Origin: Nanobdellota archaeon
GTDB taxonomy: Archaea; Nanobdellota; Nanobdellia; Woesearchaeales; CAZZGN01
NCBI GenBank assembly: GCA_051819665.1
Contig: JBNJDG010000008.1
Coordinates: forward strand, 1 to 41,082
Reading direction: 5' to 3'
Length of the DNA stretch: 41,082 bases
The first letter of the stretch is position 1. Each line of letters begins with the position of its first letter. The position numbers and the translations under genes were made by a program. The notes beneath the pieces were generated by a model. That model searched no databases. It was not told where the DNA came from and was given only the letters and a program-made list of their open reading frames with translations. Of the stretch, positions 29,072 through 38,727 are shown in pieces.

Positions 29072-30706
29072 ATGGAACCTAAAGATGCAAAAGTAGCGTA
29101 TTTCAGCATGGAGATCGGCATCGAAAGCTCTATCCCAACTTATTCTGGCGGCCTTGGGGTTCTTGCAGGAGATATGTTAAGAAGCGCATCACAGATGAAC
29201 ATGCCCCTTGTCGGCATCACTCTGATATATCATAAGGGATACTTCAGGCAAAAGCTCGACAGCAACGGTACCCAGCAAGAAAAGGATAATCTGTGGAATC
29301 CCCATATACACCTGAAAAAGCTCCCTGATCAGGTGAAAGTCAATATCGAAGGCAGGGAAGTGAAGATAGGATGCTGGATCTACGAGGGAGATGTCCCTGT
29401 CATATTCCTTGATACTGATATAGAAGGCAACTCTGATTATGACCGTACCATCACAGACAAACTATACGGATTTGATGATTATTACAGGCTTGCACAGGAG
29501 ATAGTCCTCGGGATCGGCGGTACAAAGATGGTAAGGAAGCTGGGAGCTGAAGTGGAAAAATACCATATGAATGAAGGGCATTCTTCCCTTCTGGGCATGG
29601 AACTTTACGAGGGAGATCTTGAAAAGGTAAGGAAAAAATGCGTGTTCACTACCCATACACCTGTCCCTGCAGGACATGATGTCTTCGAGAAGAAGATGGC
29701 GGAAAAGATGCTCGGGAAAAAGATACCGCCGGGCATCAAGAACAAAGTCTTCAATGATAAGAAGATGAACATGACACACTTAGGACTTATGTTCAGTGGC
29801 CATATAAATGGTGTCGCAAAGAAACACACGCAGATCTCCAAAGAGATGTTCCCCGGTTATAACATAGAATCGATAACTAATGGTGTACATTCAGGATTCT
29901 GGACTTCCCCGCATTTCAGGAGACTTTTCAACAAATACATCCCAAACTGGGAGAAAGACCCTAACTCTCTCAGATCTGCCCTGAGCATACCTAATGAGAA
30001 GATATGGGATGCTCACAGGAAATCCAAGAAGGATCTCATCAACTTCGTGAACAAGAAACACAATGCACAGATGAAGGAAAATGTCTTCACTATAGGTTTC
30101 GCCAGGAGAGCTGCCACATATAAGAGAGGAACTCTGCTTCTCAGCAGACCAGAAAAACTTAAAGAGATTGCAAGGGATACAAACGGAATACAGATCATCT
30201 ACTCCGGGAAAGCACACCCTCATGATGAAGAAGGTAAAAAAGTTATCAGAGAGATCATAGGTAAATCGAAAGAACTGAAAGACAAGATAAAAATCTGTTA
30301 TGTTGAAAACTACAATATTGATATAGCAAAGAAGATGGTAGCCGGTGTGGATATCTGGCTCAATACCCCTCTAAGACCAAAGGAGGCTTCAGGTACTTCG
30401 GGCATGAAAGCCGCCCATAACGGAGTTCCTCATTTCTCGGTTCTTGACGGATGGTGGATTGAAGGCCACATAGAAGACAAGACCGGTTGGAGCATAGGGG
30501 AACACCCGAGTAAAGAACCAAAGAATGACGAAGAGAGGGATATAGAAGATCTGTACAATAAACTGGAATATGTGATTCTCCCAAAATACTACAAAGAGAA
30601 AGATGAATGGATAAACATAATGAGCCATGTGATCGCTATAAACGCATCCTTCTTCAATACACACAGGATGGTCCAGCAATACGTCCAGACAGCATATTTT
30701 AACTGA
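29072..30706 (+). CDS. glgP: Alpha-glucan (glycogen/maltodextrin) phosphorylase, short form
   Basis: YFSMEIG, YSGGLGVLAGD, HMNEGH, TTHTPVPAGHD, ARRAATYKR, GKAHP, PLP site EASGTSGMKA. Confidence 0.94.
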   Translation: MEPKDAKVAYFSMEIGIESSIPTYSGGLGVLAGDMLRSASQMNMPLVGITLIYHKGYFRQKLDSNGTQQEKDNLWNPHIHLKKLPDQVKVNIEGREVKIGCWIYEGDVPVIFLDTDIEGNSDYDRTITDKLYGFDDYYRLAQEIVLGIGGTKMVRKLGAEVEKYHMNEGHSSLLGMELYEGDLEKVRKKCVFTTHTPVPAGHDVFEKKMAEKMLGKKIPPGIKNKVFNDKKMNMTHLGLMFSGHINGVAKKHTQISKEMFPGYNIESITNGVHSGFWTSPHFRRLFNKYIPNWEKDPNSLRSALSIPNEKIWDAHRKSKKDLINFVNKKHNAQMKENVFTIGFARRAATYKRGTLLLSRPEKLKEIARDTNGIQIIYSGKAHPHDEEGKKVIREIIGKSKELKDKIKICYVENYNIDIAKKMVAGVDIWLNTPLRPKEASGTSGMKAAHNGVPHFSVLDGWWIEGHIEDKTGWSIGEHPSKEPKNDEERDIEDLYNKLEYVILPKYYKEKDEWINIMSHVIAINASFFNTHRMVQQYVQTAYFN

Positions 30707-30721
30707 TTTATCTTTCACAAA

Positions 30722-30750
30722 TTATAAATAGGTGTTAACAATGGTTAACA
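30722..30750 (+). promoter_or_regulatory. TATA box plus near-perfect 18-bp palindrome (candidate operator)
   Basis: TTATAAATA at 30722-30730, then TGTTAACAATGGTTAACA at 30733-30750 just before ATG 30753. Confidence 0.65.
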
Positions 30751-30752
30751 AC

Positions 30753-31127
30753 ATGAATAAATTACTACCACAAGAAATACAGGTATGGTATGTAATACCT
30801 GTAATAAGGAAAGAGCTTTCCAAATTCCTTGTAAAGGATCAAGGGATTACACAGAAGAAAGCCGCAGAGATGCTCTCCCTTACAGAGGGAGCTGTATCTC
30901 AATACCTGAACTCCAAAAGAGGAACTAAGATAAAATTTAACGATAAGATTCTTGATGAAATCAAGGCCTCAGCGAAAAGGATAAGCCAGAAACCCTCAAA
31001 AGTACTAGAGGAGACCATCAGGCTTCTGAACCTTGAAGATATGAAGAAGGTTATCTGTGATTTCCATAAGAAGAACGATCCTTCCTTAGATGAGGATTGT
31101 GACATCTGCAGGAAATACTGGAAGTGA
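30753..31127 (+). CDS. HTH transcriptional regulator with C-terminal Cys/His motif (COG2522-like)
   Basis: LPQEIQVWYVIP.IR, HTH TQKKAAEMLSLTEGAVSQY..KRG, and ICDFH...CDIC. Confidence 0.85.
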   Translation: MNKLLPQEIQVWYVIPVIRKELSKFLVKDQGITQKKAAEMLSLTEGAVSQYLNSKRGTKIKFNDKILDEIKASAKRISQKPSKVLEETIRLLNLEDMKKVICDFHKKNDPSLDEDCDICRKYWK

Positions 31128-31836
31128 TAGGATCTTAGAAGTAAGGAACATTGGATTCAGTAAAGAGAAGAAGATACTTGATGGTCTATCCTTCACTTTT
31201 GAAGAGAAAAAGACCTATGCAATTGTCGGACCCAATGGTGCAGGCAAATCCACTATCGCAGGAGTGATAATGGGCCTTGAAAGGTACTCGGGCCATACAG
31301 GGAAGGTAATTCTCGACGGAAAGGACATTACAAGCATGAGCATAGACAGGAGAGCCAAGGAAGGCATAACTCTGTCCTGGCAGGAGCCCGCAAGATACAA
31401 AGGCCTTAAGGTAAAAAGATATCTTAATTCCGACAAAGAGAGCATGAAGCAATCCCTCCTCAAAGTCGGCCTTGACCCTGATGATTATCTGGAGAGACCT
31501 ATAGACCATAATCTGAGCGGCGGAGAGAGAAAGAGGATAGAACTTGCCTCTATAATCCTCCTCAAACCAAAGTACGTACTTCTTGATGAACTTGACTCCG
31601 GGATAGATATAGGGGCGATAGAGAAGATATTCGAGGTAATAGACCTGCTTAAAAGTGAAGGAACAACTGTCATTCTCATAACCCACAGCCCCAAAGTCCT
31701 GGAAAGATCCGAATATGCCTATCTGTTATGCCATGGAGAGATTGTAGACAAAGGACCTTCTGAAGAGATCCAGCGATATTTCAGGGATAAATGCCTTACA
31801 TGTACACACAAGAACAAGCCGGGGGGAGAAAGATGA
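31090..31836 (+). CDS. sufC: SufC/SmsC-type Fe-S assembly ATPase (start uncertain: 31090 or 31132)
   Basis: GPNGAGKST, WQEPARY.GL, LSGGERKRIELAS, DELDSGID, C-terminal CLTC.H.N. Confidence 0.9.
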   Translation: MRIVTSAGNTGSDRILEVRNIGFSKEKKILDGLSFTFEEKKTYAIVGPNGAGKSTIAGVIMGLERYSGHTGKVILDGKDITSMSIDRRAKEGITLSWQEPARYKGLKVKRYLNSDKESMKQSLLKVGLDPDDYLERPIDHNLSGGERKRIELASIILLKPKYVLLDELDSGIDIGAIEKIFEVIDLLKSEGTTVILITHSPKVLERSEYAYLLCHGEIVDKGPSEEIQRYFRDKCLTCTHKNKPGGER

Positions 31837-32756
31837 GCGCCTATGACGAGATGCTTGAGATTGCAGGCATCCATGAAAAACTCAAGGATCCCAAGGTTGC
31901 TACTGTCTGTCTTGATTACAATAAAGTTCTGAATGATAAGACCGTGGAAGGCCTTAACGTGGATTACAAAGAAACAGAAGACGGTATAGATGTCAATATC
32001 CATGTAGAGAAAGATGCAATGATAGAGAAACCAGTACAGATGTGCTTCGCTGTAATGCACAGATCAGCTGAACAGAGGATCAACCTTAAAGTTAAGATGG
32101 AAGACAATTCAAGGATATCCATCATAGGCCATTGTATATTCCCTTCAGGTAAGAAGATCAAGCATATAATGCACGGAAAAATCGATATAGGAAAGAATTG
32201 CAGATACGATTATTATGAGAAGCATATCCATAATGAAGAAGGGACCGTCGAAGCATACCCTCAGGCAGAGGTAAATGTCGGGGAGAACTCAAGATTCAAC
32301 ACTATCTTCGACCTCCTGAAAGGGAGGGTCGGGAAACTTCTTATAGACTACAGTACAAAGGGGGCGAAGAACAGCTCTATAAACCTGGATTCCAGAGTCA
32401 GTGGCTCGGGGGATGATGATATCGAGATAAGGGAGACTGCAGAGCTTAATGGCGAGAAAGCAAATGGGGTGTTGAGGTCAAGGGTTGCAGTAAAAGACAA
32501 TGCTGAAGCCCATGTATTCAACAGGCTTATTGCCAGGAGCGCTTATTCAAGAGGGCACGTAGACTGCACAGAAATAATGACAGGTAATGGCAAGGTAAAA
32601 GCCTATCCTGAGGTTGAAGTTCTCCATCCAAAAGCGAGGGCAACCCATGAGGCCAATCTGGGTGGTGTGGACAATAAGCAATTGGAGACTCTCATGGCGA
32701 AAGGGCTAAGCGAAAAAGAAGCCGAAGAGATGATAATAGAAGGTCTCCTCAGTTGA
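31833..32756 (+). CDS. SufB/D-family (SmsB-type) Fe-S assembly scaffold
   Basis: Beta-helix repeats, GHVDCTEI, THEA.LG.VD.KQLETLMAKGL; ATGA overlap with sufC. Confidence 0.9.
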   Translation: MSAYDEMLEIAGIHEKLKDPKVATVCLDYNKVLNDKTVEGLNVDYKETEDGIDVNIHVEKDAMIEKPVQMCFAVMHRSAEQRINLKVKMEDNSRISIIGHCIFPSGKKIKHIMHGKIDIGKNCRYDYYEKHIHNEEGTVEAYPQAEVNVGENSRFNTIFDLLKGRVGKLLIDYSTKGAKNSSINLDSRVSGSGDDDIEIRETAELNGEKANGVLRSRVAVKDNAEAHVFNRLIARSAYSRGHVDCTEIMTGNGKVKAYPEVEVLHPKARATHEANLGGVDNKQLETLMAKGLSEKEAEEMIIEGLLS

Positions 32757-32887
32757 GGACCAGATTCCATAATAAAATAGCTTGATTCTAATAAATATCT
32801 TTTTAAATCATTTATCATTCCCTGTCTCTGATTAAATGGGTTGATCAGGATAAGATATTCAATAATAAGACTTAAGGAGTGATAATC

Positions 32888-34306
32888 ATGAAAAAGACAA
32901 AAATACTCGCAACTGTATCGGACAGGAAATGCGATATAGAATTCCTCAAGAGCCTCTATAATGAAGGCATGAATGGTGTAAGGATAAACACGGCACATCA
33001 GGAACCTGCTGATTCAAAAAAGGTTATAGAAAATGTGAGAAAAGTCTCAGAGAAGCTGCCCGTTGTTATAGACACGAAAGGGCCTGAGATAAGAACGAAA
33101 TGCGAGGAAGAGATATATGTCGAGAAAGGGGAAAAGATCGCCATAAAGAAGAGCGAGAACACAGAATGCGAAGAGAAGAAATACTTCCTTACAAACTATG
33201 AAGATTATGTAACTGAAGTGCCTGTTGATTCATCTGTTCTTGTTGATGACGGGGACATGGAACTCAAGGTCATAGGGAAGAAAGAAGATTATCTTATATG
33301 CGAAGCTCAGAACAAAGGAAAGATAAAGAACAAGAAAAGTATAAACACGCCCGGTGTGGACATAGGTCTTCCTCCACTAACAGAAAAAGACCAAAGATAT
33401 ATTGACTTTGCCATAGAAGAGGACGTGGATTTCATTGCCCATTCTTTTGTGAGGAACAAAGAGGATGTCCTCAGGATACAGGAGAAACTCGACCAACATA
33501 AAAGCAATGTGAAGATAATCGCAAAGATAGAGAACCAGCAGGGAGTGGATAATATAGACGAGATCCTTGATAATGTATACGGGATAATGATCGCAAGAGG
33601 TGATTTAGCGATAGAGATACCCGCACAGAAGATCCCAATGATCCAGAAAAGACTGGTGAAGAAATGCATAGAAAGGAAGAAACTTGTGATAACCGCAACC
33701 CAGATGCTTCACTCCATGATAGAGAACCCAAGACCGACAAGGGCAGAGGTTAACGATGTAGCCAATGCCATTTATGACGGGACAGATGTGATCATGTTAA
33801 GCGGTGAGACAGCTTATGGACAATATCCACTTGAATCCGTAAACACCATGGCAAAGGTTGCCGACGAGATTGAAGAGGATAAACTGTCTACACAAAATAT
33901 AGATGTCGTAGGGATCGCAGATGAAGTCCCCGCATTCCTTGGAAGCACAGCCATAAGGGCCACCCAACATCTACCTGTGAAAGCCATCCTGATAGATACT
34001 CTCACCGGCAGGACAGCAAGGTACATCTCTGCATTCAGGGGCAAAAAACCGATCTTCACCGAAGCTTATGATAAACGGGTAATGAGAGAGCTTGCGCTTT
34101 CTTACGGTGTATTCCCTTCTTACATGGTGAGGGAAGACACAACAACAGTCAACTCTTTCATAAAGAAATCCCTTACACCCTTGCTGGAGAACAGGTTAGT
34201 GGATAAAGAAGACCTTATACTGACTGTTGCAGGAAGCTTCGGACCTAGCCACGGCGCCTCTTTCGTGGAGATAAGTAAAGCGAAGAACATGGTGAATCTT
34301 GAATGA
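32888..34306 (+). CDS. pyk: Pyruvate kinase
   Basis: KTKILAT, RINTAH, DTKGPEIRT, IAKIEN, ARGDL, ATQML.SM, RPTRAEV.D, MLSGETA.G. Confidence 0.96.
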   Translation: MKKTKILATVSDRKCDIEFLKSLYNEGMNGVRINTAHQEPADSKKVIENVRKVSEKLPVVIDTKGPEIRTKCEEEIYVEKGEKIAIKKSENTECEEKKYFLTNYEDYVTEVPVDSSVLVDDGDMELKVIGKKEDYLICEAQNKGKIKNKKSINTPGVDIGLPPLTEKDQRYIDFAIEEDVDFIAHSFVRNKEDVLRIQEKLDQHKSNVKIIAKIENQQGVDNIDEILDNVYGIMIARGDLAIEIPAQKIPMIQKRLVKKCIERKKLVITATQMLHSMIENPRPTRAEVNDVANAIYDGTDVIMLSGETAYGQYPLESVNTMAKVADEIEEDKLSTQNIDVVGIADEVPAFLGSTAIRATQHLPVKAILIDTLTGRTARYISAFRGKKPIFTEAYDKRVMRELALSYGVFPSYMVREDTTTVNSFIKKSLTPLLENRLVDKEDLILTVAGSFGPSHGASFVEISKAKNMVNLE

Positions 34307-34701
34307 AGGAGCTTTCAGGCTGCGCCGTCATAAGAAACGGCAGGCTTTTGCTTCTTTATAAGATAGACGAAGGTTACTTTGAACATCCTGGCGGAAAGAT
34401 AAAGGGAAATGAAACCCCGGCAGAAGCGGCACTCCGGGAACTTAAAGAAGAGACAGGATGTACGGGAAGGATAATAAGTTATCTCGGAAGTTATGATGTA
34501 AGAAGCAAGGGGATAAAGGTTCATCTTTACGAGACAGGAATAGATGAAACTCCTGAAATAAAAGAAAAAGACAAATTCTCAGAGATAATCTGGATGCCTA
34601 TAAAAGAATATAAAAAATATAAATTAGCAGAAAACGTAAAAGAATTCTGCTCTACTTTTTTCTCCGACCGATCAAAACACCTATGCCAAGGGTCACGATA
34701 G
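34303..34701 (+). CDS. NUDIX hydrolase
   Basis: Nudix box GGKIKGNETPAEAALRELKEETG. Confidence 0.9.
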   Translation: MKELSGCAVIRNGRLLLLYKIDEGYFEHPGGKIKGNETPAEAALRELKEETGCTGRIISYLGSYDVRSKGIKVHLYETGIDETPEIKEKDKFSEIIWMPIKEYKKYKLAENVKEFCSTFFSDRSKHLCQGSR

Positions 34702-35866
34702 CGACAACCAGATAATATATCATGGTCATATCCTGGCTTCTCCCTTCTGTCTCTTCTATTGTGATAGAAGCTTTCTCATTCTCAACAAGTACCTCATCAC
34801 CATAGACAGACCTTGTCTCAAGATCAAGAAGGTATTCCTTCGGCATCGCATCCTTATCAACAGTCAGGCTTATCACTGCCTCTCCTGTTTTGCCTTCATC
34901 CAGGTCCCCTATATAATCATACTTCTCATCAAACTCAAAAGGTTGAGAAGATTCCTTGAAAGCCCTCAGAGACAGGGATTCCGCATCCTCACCACCGGTG
35001 TTCCTTACCCTGAACTTCAACATCACACTATCCTCTGCCGTGATCTTTTCAGGAGAAGTCTCCACAGAAACTATCTCGAACCTTGGTCTTTTCATCACCT
35101 TGATGGTAAAAGGCAGGGTAATTTCCTTGTAAGCATAGCCTGATGTTTCCTTCTCCTTGTATTTCACCTTGAGTTCAGCTTCGTGCTCTCCACCATTCAG
35201 ATCTTCATCCAGATCAACGTAGAACTCTGCCCTCTGGCCTTTTCCGGCATAAACCGTACCTATGTTGCTTTCATCAGAAAAGCTGTGAGAGGACCCGAAA
35301 CCATCCGGCAGCACAAGTTCAGTCCTGACGTTCTTCGCATCCTCCTGACCAATGTTCTCAAGATTAACATTAAGGGATACTTCATCCGTACCCGGGACAA
35401 GCTTTTTCGGTGAGGAAACAACAGAACCGAGAACAAGGTCGACATCGTTGCTCTCTCCCACTCTTACATCATATTTTTTGCTCGACCAGCTTTCATTAAG
35501 AGTATGCTTCTCCATCAGAGGAATCTCATAAGTATCCTCTGCTGCGTCATCCGCTACCCTGAGCTTATAATGAAGCATATAATACTCATCACTATAGGAA
35601 TTCCCTTTCCAGCTTCCGACATTCTTTATCCTCTTGCTTGAAGGATCAAGGGAGAAGGGATAATCGGGATCAAGCTTATAGGAAAGGTTCTCTATCTCGG
35701 CATTGCCTTTCTTGCTGACCTTCCACCTCAATTCAAGCGTATCGCCGGGTTCCGCCGGGTCCGGATCCTGGTTGAGCATCACTACATCCGTATAAGCGAA
35801 ATCCACCGCTAAAGCACTTGTTGCGAACATCACGAACATTACCAAAAAGATCATCTTCATTTTCAT
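34652..35866 (-). CDS. COG1361/S-layer-domain-like secreted protein with C-terminal TM (RND-associated)
   Basis: Signal peptide, QDPDPAEPGD, three Ig/CARDB-like repeats, TM plus RRKK tail. Confidence 0.82.
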   Translation of the reverse strand: MKMKMIFLVMFVMFATSALAVDFAYTDVVMLNQDPDPAEPGDTLELRWKVSKKGNAEIENLSYKLDPDYPFSLDPSSKRIKNVGSWKGNSYSDEYYMLHYKLRVADDAAEDTYEIPLMEKHTLNESWSSKKYDVRVGESNDVDLVLGSVVSSPKKLVPGTDEVSLNVNLENIGQEDAKNVRTELVLPDGFGSSHSFSDESNIGTVYAGKGQRAEFYVDLDEDLNGGEHEAELKVKYKEKETSGYAYKEITLPFTIKVMKRPRFEIVSVETSPEKITAEDSVMLKFRVRNTGGEDAESLSLRAFKESSQPFEFDEKYDYIGDLDEGKTGEAVISLTVDKDAMPKEYLLDLETRSVYGDEVLVENEKASITIEETEGRSQDMTMIYYLVVAIVTLGIGVLIGRRKK

Positions 35867-36963
35867 TTTTTACCACCTATTTTCTCTCCGTAAATTGAAA
35901 CTACTGGAATAACAGTTATGGCAGAAAGGAAACAGAAAGTCACGCCATAACTCATTATCGTGCCAAGATCCTGCATGACCGAAAGATCCCCCATAGACAT
36001 CGCCCTGAAACCAATAAGGGCTGCTACAGTTGTCGTAGTCATCGGCATGAGAACATTATTCATGGTTATCTCCATCGCCTCTTCAGGTTTCTTGTCCTTG
36101 ACTTCCTGCCTGAACCTCGAAAGTGTCTGTATCCCGAAGTCAATACCGATTCCCATTATCATTGAGATCGCCCCTGATGTAGCAGGGCTCATGTTTATTC
36201 CAACAAGACCGAAAAAACCGAAAGCCCATAAGATACCTAGACCTATCACAACCAGGGGAGTGATAGCATACCTGAAAGAGAGGAAAAGGGCGAATAATAC
36301 AGCAAGTATTCCAATAAGAGAGTAAATCGAGGTCTTCTGCATATCAGGACCTATCTTCTCCTGGACCACGGGCTGGGTTGCCTCATTACCAGCAACATTG
36401 ACCTTGACTCCCGCAGGAGAAGGCATATCATCAATCAGATCCTGGAGATGATGGACTATTTCCTCTCCATCATAACTCCCGGAAAGTCTTAAGTTTATTA
36501 CAGCCAGGTCTCTCTTATCATTAACATAATCTGAAACAGGAGCCCTATCTGCAAGCTCTATTACATTACGCTTAGAGTTGGGAAGCTTCCCTCCATTCAT
36601 CTCATAAAGGACAGTGGAAAGACTGGAAGCCATGGTAATATCATTATCCCTCTCAGCCATCTGCCCTATTATATGCATATATTCAACCACTTCAGGATCA
36701 TACATGTCCCTTACCTCATCCGATTCTGCATACCTTGGTTCTACCTGTATTGCTATCATAAGGGTATCACTGCCGCCGAAATTGTTCTCAATGATATCAA
36801 AGGTTTTTATGACCTCTATGTCCTCTGGCAGAGTATCCTGATTATCCATACTCTTAGTTCCCACCTGTCCCGAAAGATAGAATGCAGATACAGTTAAGGC
36901 TATTATTATTAAGAGCACCAAAAGCGGCCTTCGCGAAACGAATCTTGAATATAGCCTAATCAT
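35863..36963 (-). CDS. RND/MMPL-family transporter half (HAE3-like)
   Basis: N-terminal TM, extracellular loop, 5 TM; GIGIDFGIQ..SRF.QE, TT.AA.IGF. Confidence 0.88.
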   Translation of the reverse strand: MIRLYSRFVSRRPLLVLLIIIALTVSAFYLSGQVGTKSMDNQDTLPEDIEVIKTFDIIENNFGGSDTLMIAIQVEPRYAESDEVRDMYDPEVVEYMHIIGQMAERDNDITMASSLSTVLYEMNGGKLPNSKRNVIELADRAPVSDYVNDKRDLAVINLRLSGSYDGEEIVHHLQDLIDDMPSPAGVKVNVAGNEATQPVVQEKIGPDMQKTSIYSLIGILAVLFALFLSFRYAITPLVVIGLGILWAFGFFGLVGINMSPATSGAISMIMGIGIDFGIQTLSRFRQEVKDKKPEEAMEITMNNVLMPMTTTTVAALIGFRAMSMGDLSVMQDLGTIMSYGVTFCFLSAITVIPVVSIYGEKIGGKK

Positions 36964-38089
36964 TTTTCAGCCTCTTTCTCTTGTTCATATACATATCATG
37001 CATCTTATGTGTAAACCATACTTCAAAATTCTCTTCGAGCATCAGAAGGGACGGCTGAACGAATACGGCAGCAAGTATGGAAAAGAATATCCCTATTGCG
37101 AGGCTCAGCCCTAGGTTCTGCATCATGGGCATGACCGAGAAAAGCAAGGCCAGGAAACCAACCATAGTCGTCGAACCGGAGCCCATAACAGCAGCACCTA
37201 CCGTAGGAACTGTCTCCCTTACCGAGTCGAGCTGGCTCTTTCCCTTTTTCCTTTCCTCCTTATAACGGGAGAGCATAAAGACACCATACTCTACACCCAG
37301 GCCGAGGACCATCGCCCCTATACCGGCCGTAGCGACTGAAATCTTTATGTCAAGCCAGCCGAGTATACCAAGTGTCCATATGAGTCCCAATAAAAGCGGC
37401 GTGAATATAAGCAGACCTTTAGAGAAAGATCTCTGGGTTATGAAAAGAAGACCGAGTATTATCGTTCCGGCAAGGATTATTGTATATACAGAGTCTTTCT
37501 TAAGCAGGTTTATCACCGCAACGATCACAGAAGGATTGCCTGTTATGGAAACCTTGACACCCGAAGGGACAGACATAGCTTTCACATGATCCCTCATCAT
37601 ATCAGTTACAGACTTTACCTCTTCTTCACCCTCACCTACATCCGCCTTGATCATCATGATCATCTTATCCTTCGCATCATTCACAAAGCCGGAAGCTCTG
37701 GGAGAAACTTCAAAAGCATTAACACCTGCCTGCCTATAATAAGGAGCAACAGACCTCACATCCTCGATAACGCTCTCTTCCTTAAGCCTCCTCTCAAGTC
37801 CTGAAACATACTCAAGGATCTCCTCATCCCTTATGTCATCATGGAGGGGCTCAAGCTCTAATGATCTGTCAAGCTGCAAAAGCACGAATATAGTATCCTG
37901 GCCACCCAGCTCCGCTGTTATCTTATCATTAAGCTGGAATATGGGTAAGTGTTGGGGCATCTCCTCAGACATATCCCCCTGAAACTCTACGTTAAGCAGC
38001 CCATAGACAGAGAATAGGGTAAGGAACACTGCAAACATTACGATAATATAAGGGTACTTGTTCTGGATATCAGCTATCTTCTTAAGCAT
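36956..38089 (-). CDS. RND/MMPL-family transporter half (HAE3-like)
   Basis: Same topology; GLGVEYGVF..SRY.EE, SGSTT.VGFLAL. Confidence 0.88.
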   Translation of the reverse strand: MLKKIADIQNKYPYIIVMFAVFLTLFSVYGLLNVEFQGDMSEEMPQHLPIFQLNDKITAELGGQDTIFVLLQLDRSLELEPLHDDIRDEEILEYVSGLERRLKEESVIEDVRSVAPYYRQAGVNAFEVSPRASGFVNDAKDKMIMMIKADVGEGEEEVKSVTDMMRDHVKAMSVPSGVKVSITGNPSVIVAVINLLKKDSVYTIILAGTIILGLLFITQRSFSKGLLIFTPLLLGLIWTLGILGWLDIKISVATAGIGAMVLGLGVEYGVFMLSRYKEERKKGKSQLDSVRETVPTVGAAVMGSGSTTMVGFLALLFSVMPMMQNLGLSLAIGIFFSILAAVFVQPSLLMLEENFEVWFTHKMHDMYMNKRKRLKND

Positions 38090-38567
38090 CCTTTATCTTC
38101 CTCAATTCCTTCACAGTCTTCCTGACAGTCTTTTTTATCCTGTCTCTCTTCTGGTCATAATCTTTTGAAGACACAAGTTTTATGATTATATCCTTCAGAT
38201 CATCCCAATCCTGTAAAAGATAAGCAATCTTCTTATCATCCCTTAAGAGCTTACCCTCCTTATCCTCGGAAGAGATGTTTATTTCAGAGATGAGATTAGC
38301 TCTCTCCTCCAATAATCTCTCTCTGGATCTTATCACATTATGAAGCTTATCAATACCCTCTCTTGTAAGGGAATAATATTTGCTTTTCTTGAAACTCTCT
38401 GCCGTGATGAGCCCTTCCCCCCTCATCGACTTAAGAAGAGGGTATATCGAACCCGGAGAGGGTTTATAGCCAGTATTAGCCTCAACCCTGTCCATGATCT
38501 GAGTCCCGGAAAGAGCTTCTTTCTCAAGCATCTTGAGGACTATTGCCTTCAAAAAACCCCTGTACAT
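38082..38567 (-). CDS. PadR-family transcriptional regulator
   Basis: RGFLKAIVL..L, KPSPGSIYPLL, KYYSLT..G; first gene of the RND operon. Confidence 0.9.
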   Translation of the reverse strand: MYRGFLKAIVLKMLEKEALSGTQIMDRVEANTGYKPSPGSIYPLLKSMRGEGLITAESFKKSKYYSLTREGIDKLHNVIRSRERLLEERANLISEINISSEDKEGKLLRDDKKIAYLLQDWDDLKDIIIKLVSSKDYDQKRDRIKKTVRKTVKELRKIKDA

Positions 38568-38597
38568 ATCGACTCCCGATAAACCAGAGATTTAAAT
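38567..38597 (-). promoter_or_regulatory. TATA box and TATCG-N5-CGATA inverted repeat (candidate PadR operator)
   Basis: TATCGactccCGATA at 38567-38581 abuts the padR ATG; TTTAAA at ~38591-38596. Confidence 0.55.
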
Positions 38598-38727
38598 AAT
38601 TTATGAAATCCGGGGGAATCAATCATAATCCTGAACGCCAACTGAAAGAGGATGTCATTTTGAAGTAGATACAAACAGAAAGATTTATAAAAGTCAATGC
38701 CAGCCTAGTGTCAGGAAAGGTGATCTT

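Noticed and set aside
34652..34701. 50-nt convergent overlap of the NUDIX and COG1361 genes as antisense regulation
   Set aside because: Convergent 3' overlaps recur in this compact genome (cdc48/EamA, xth/udg); probably simple stop-codon drift
38600..38700. Possible C/D-box sRNA or ribozyme (two CTGA motifs)
   Set aside because: No proper RTGATGA C box or convincing stems
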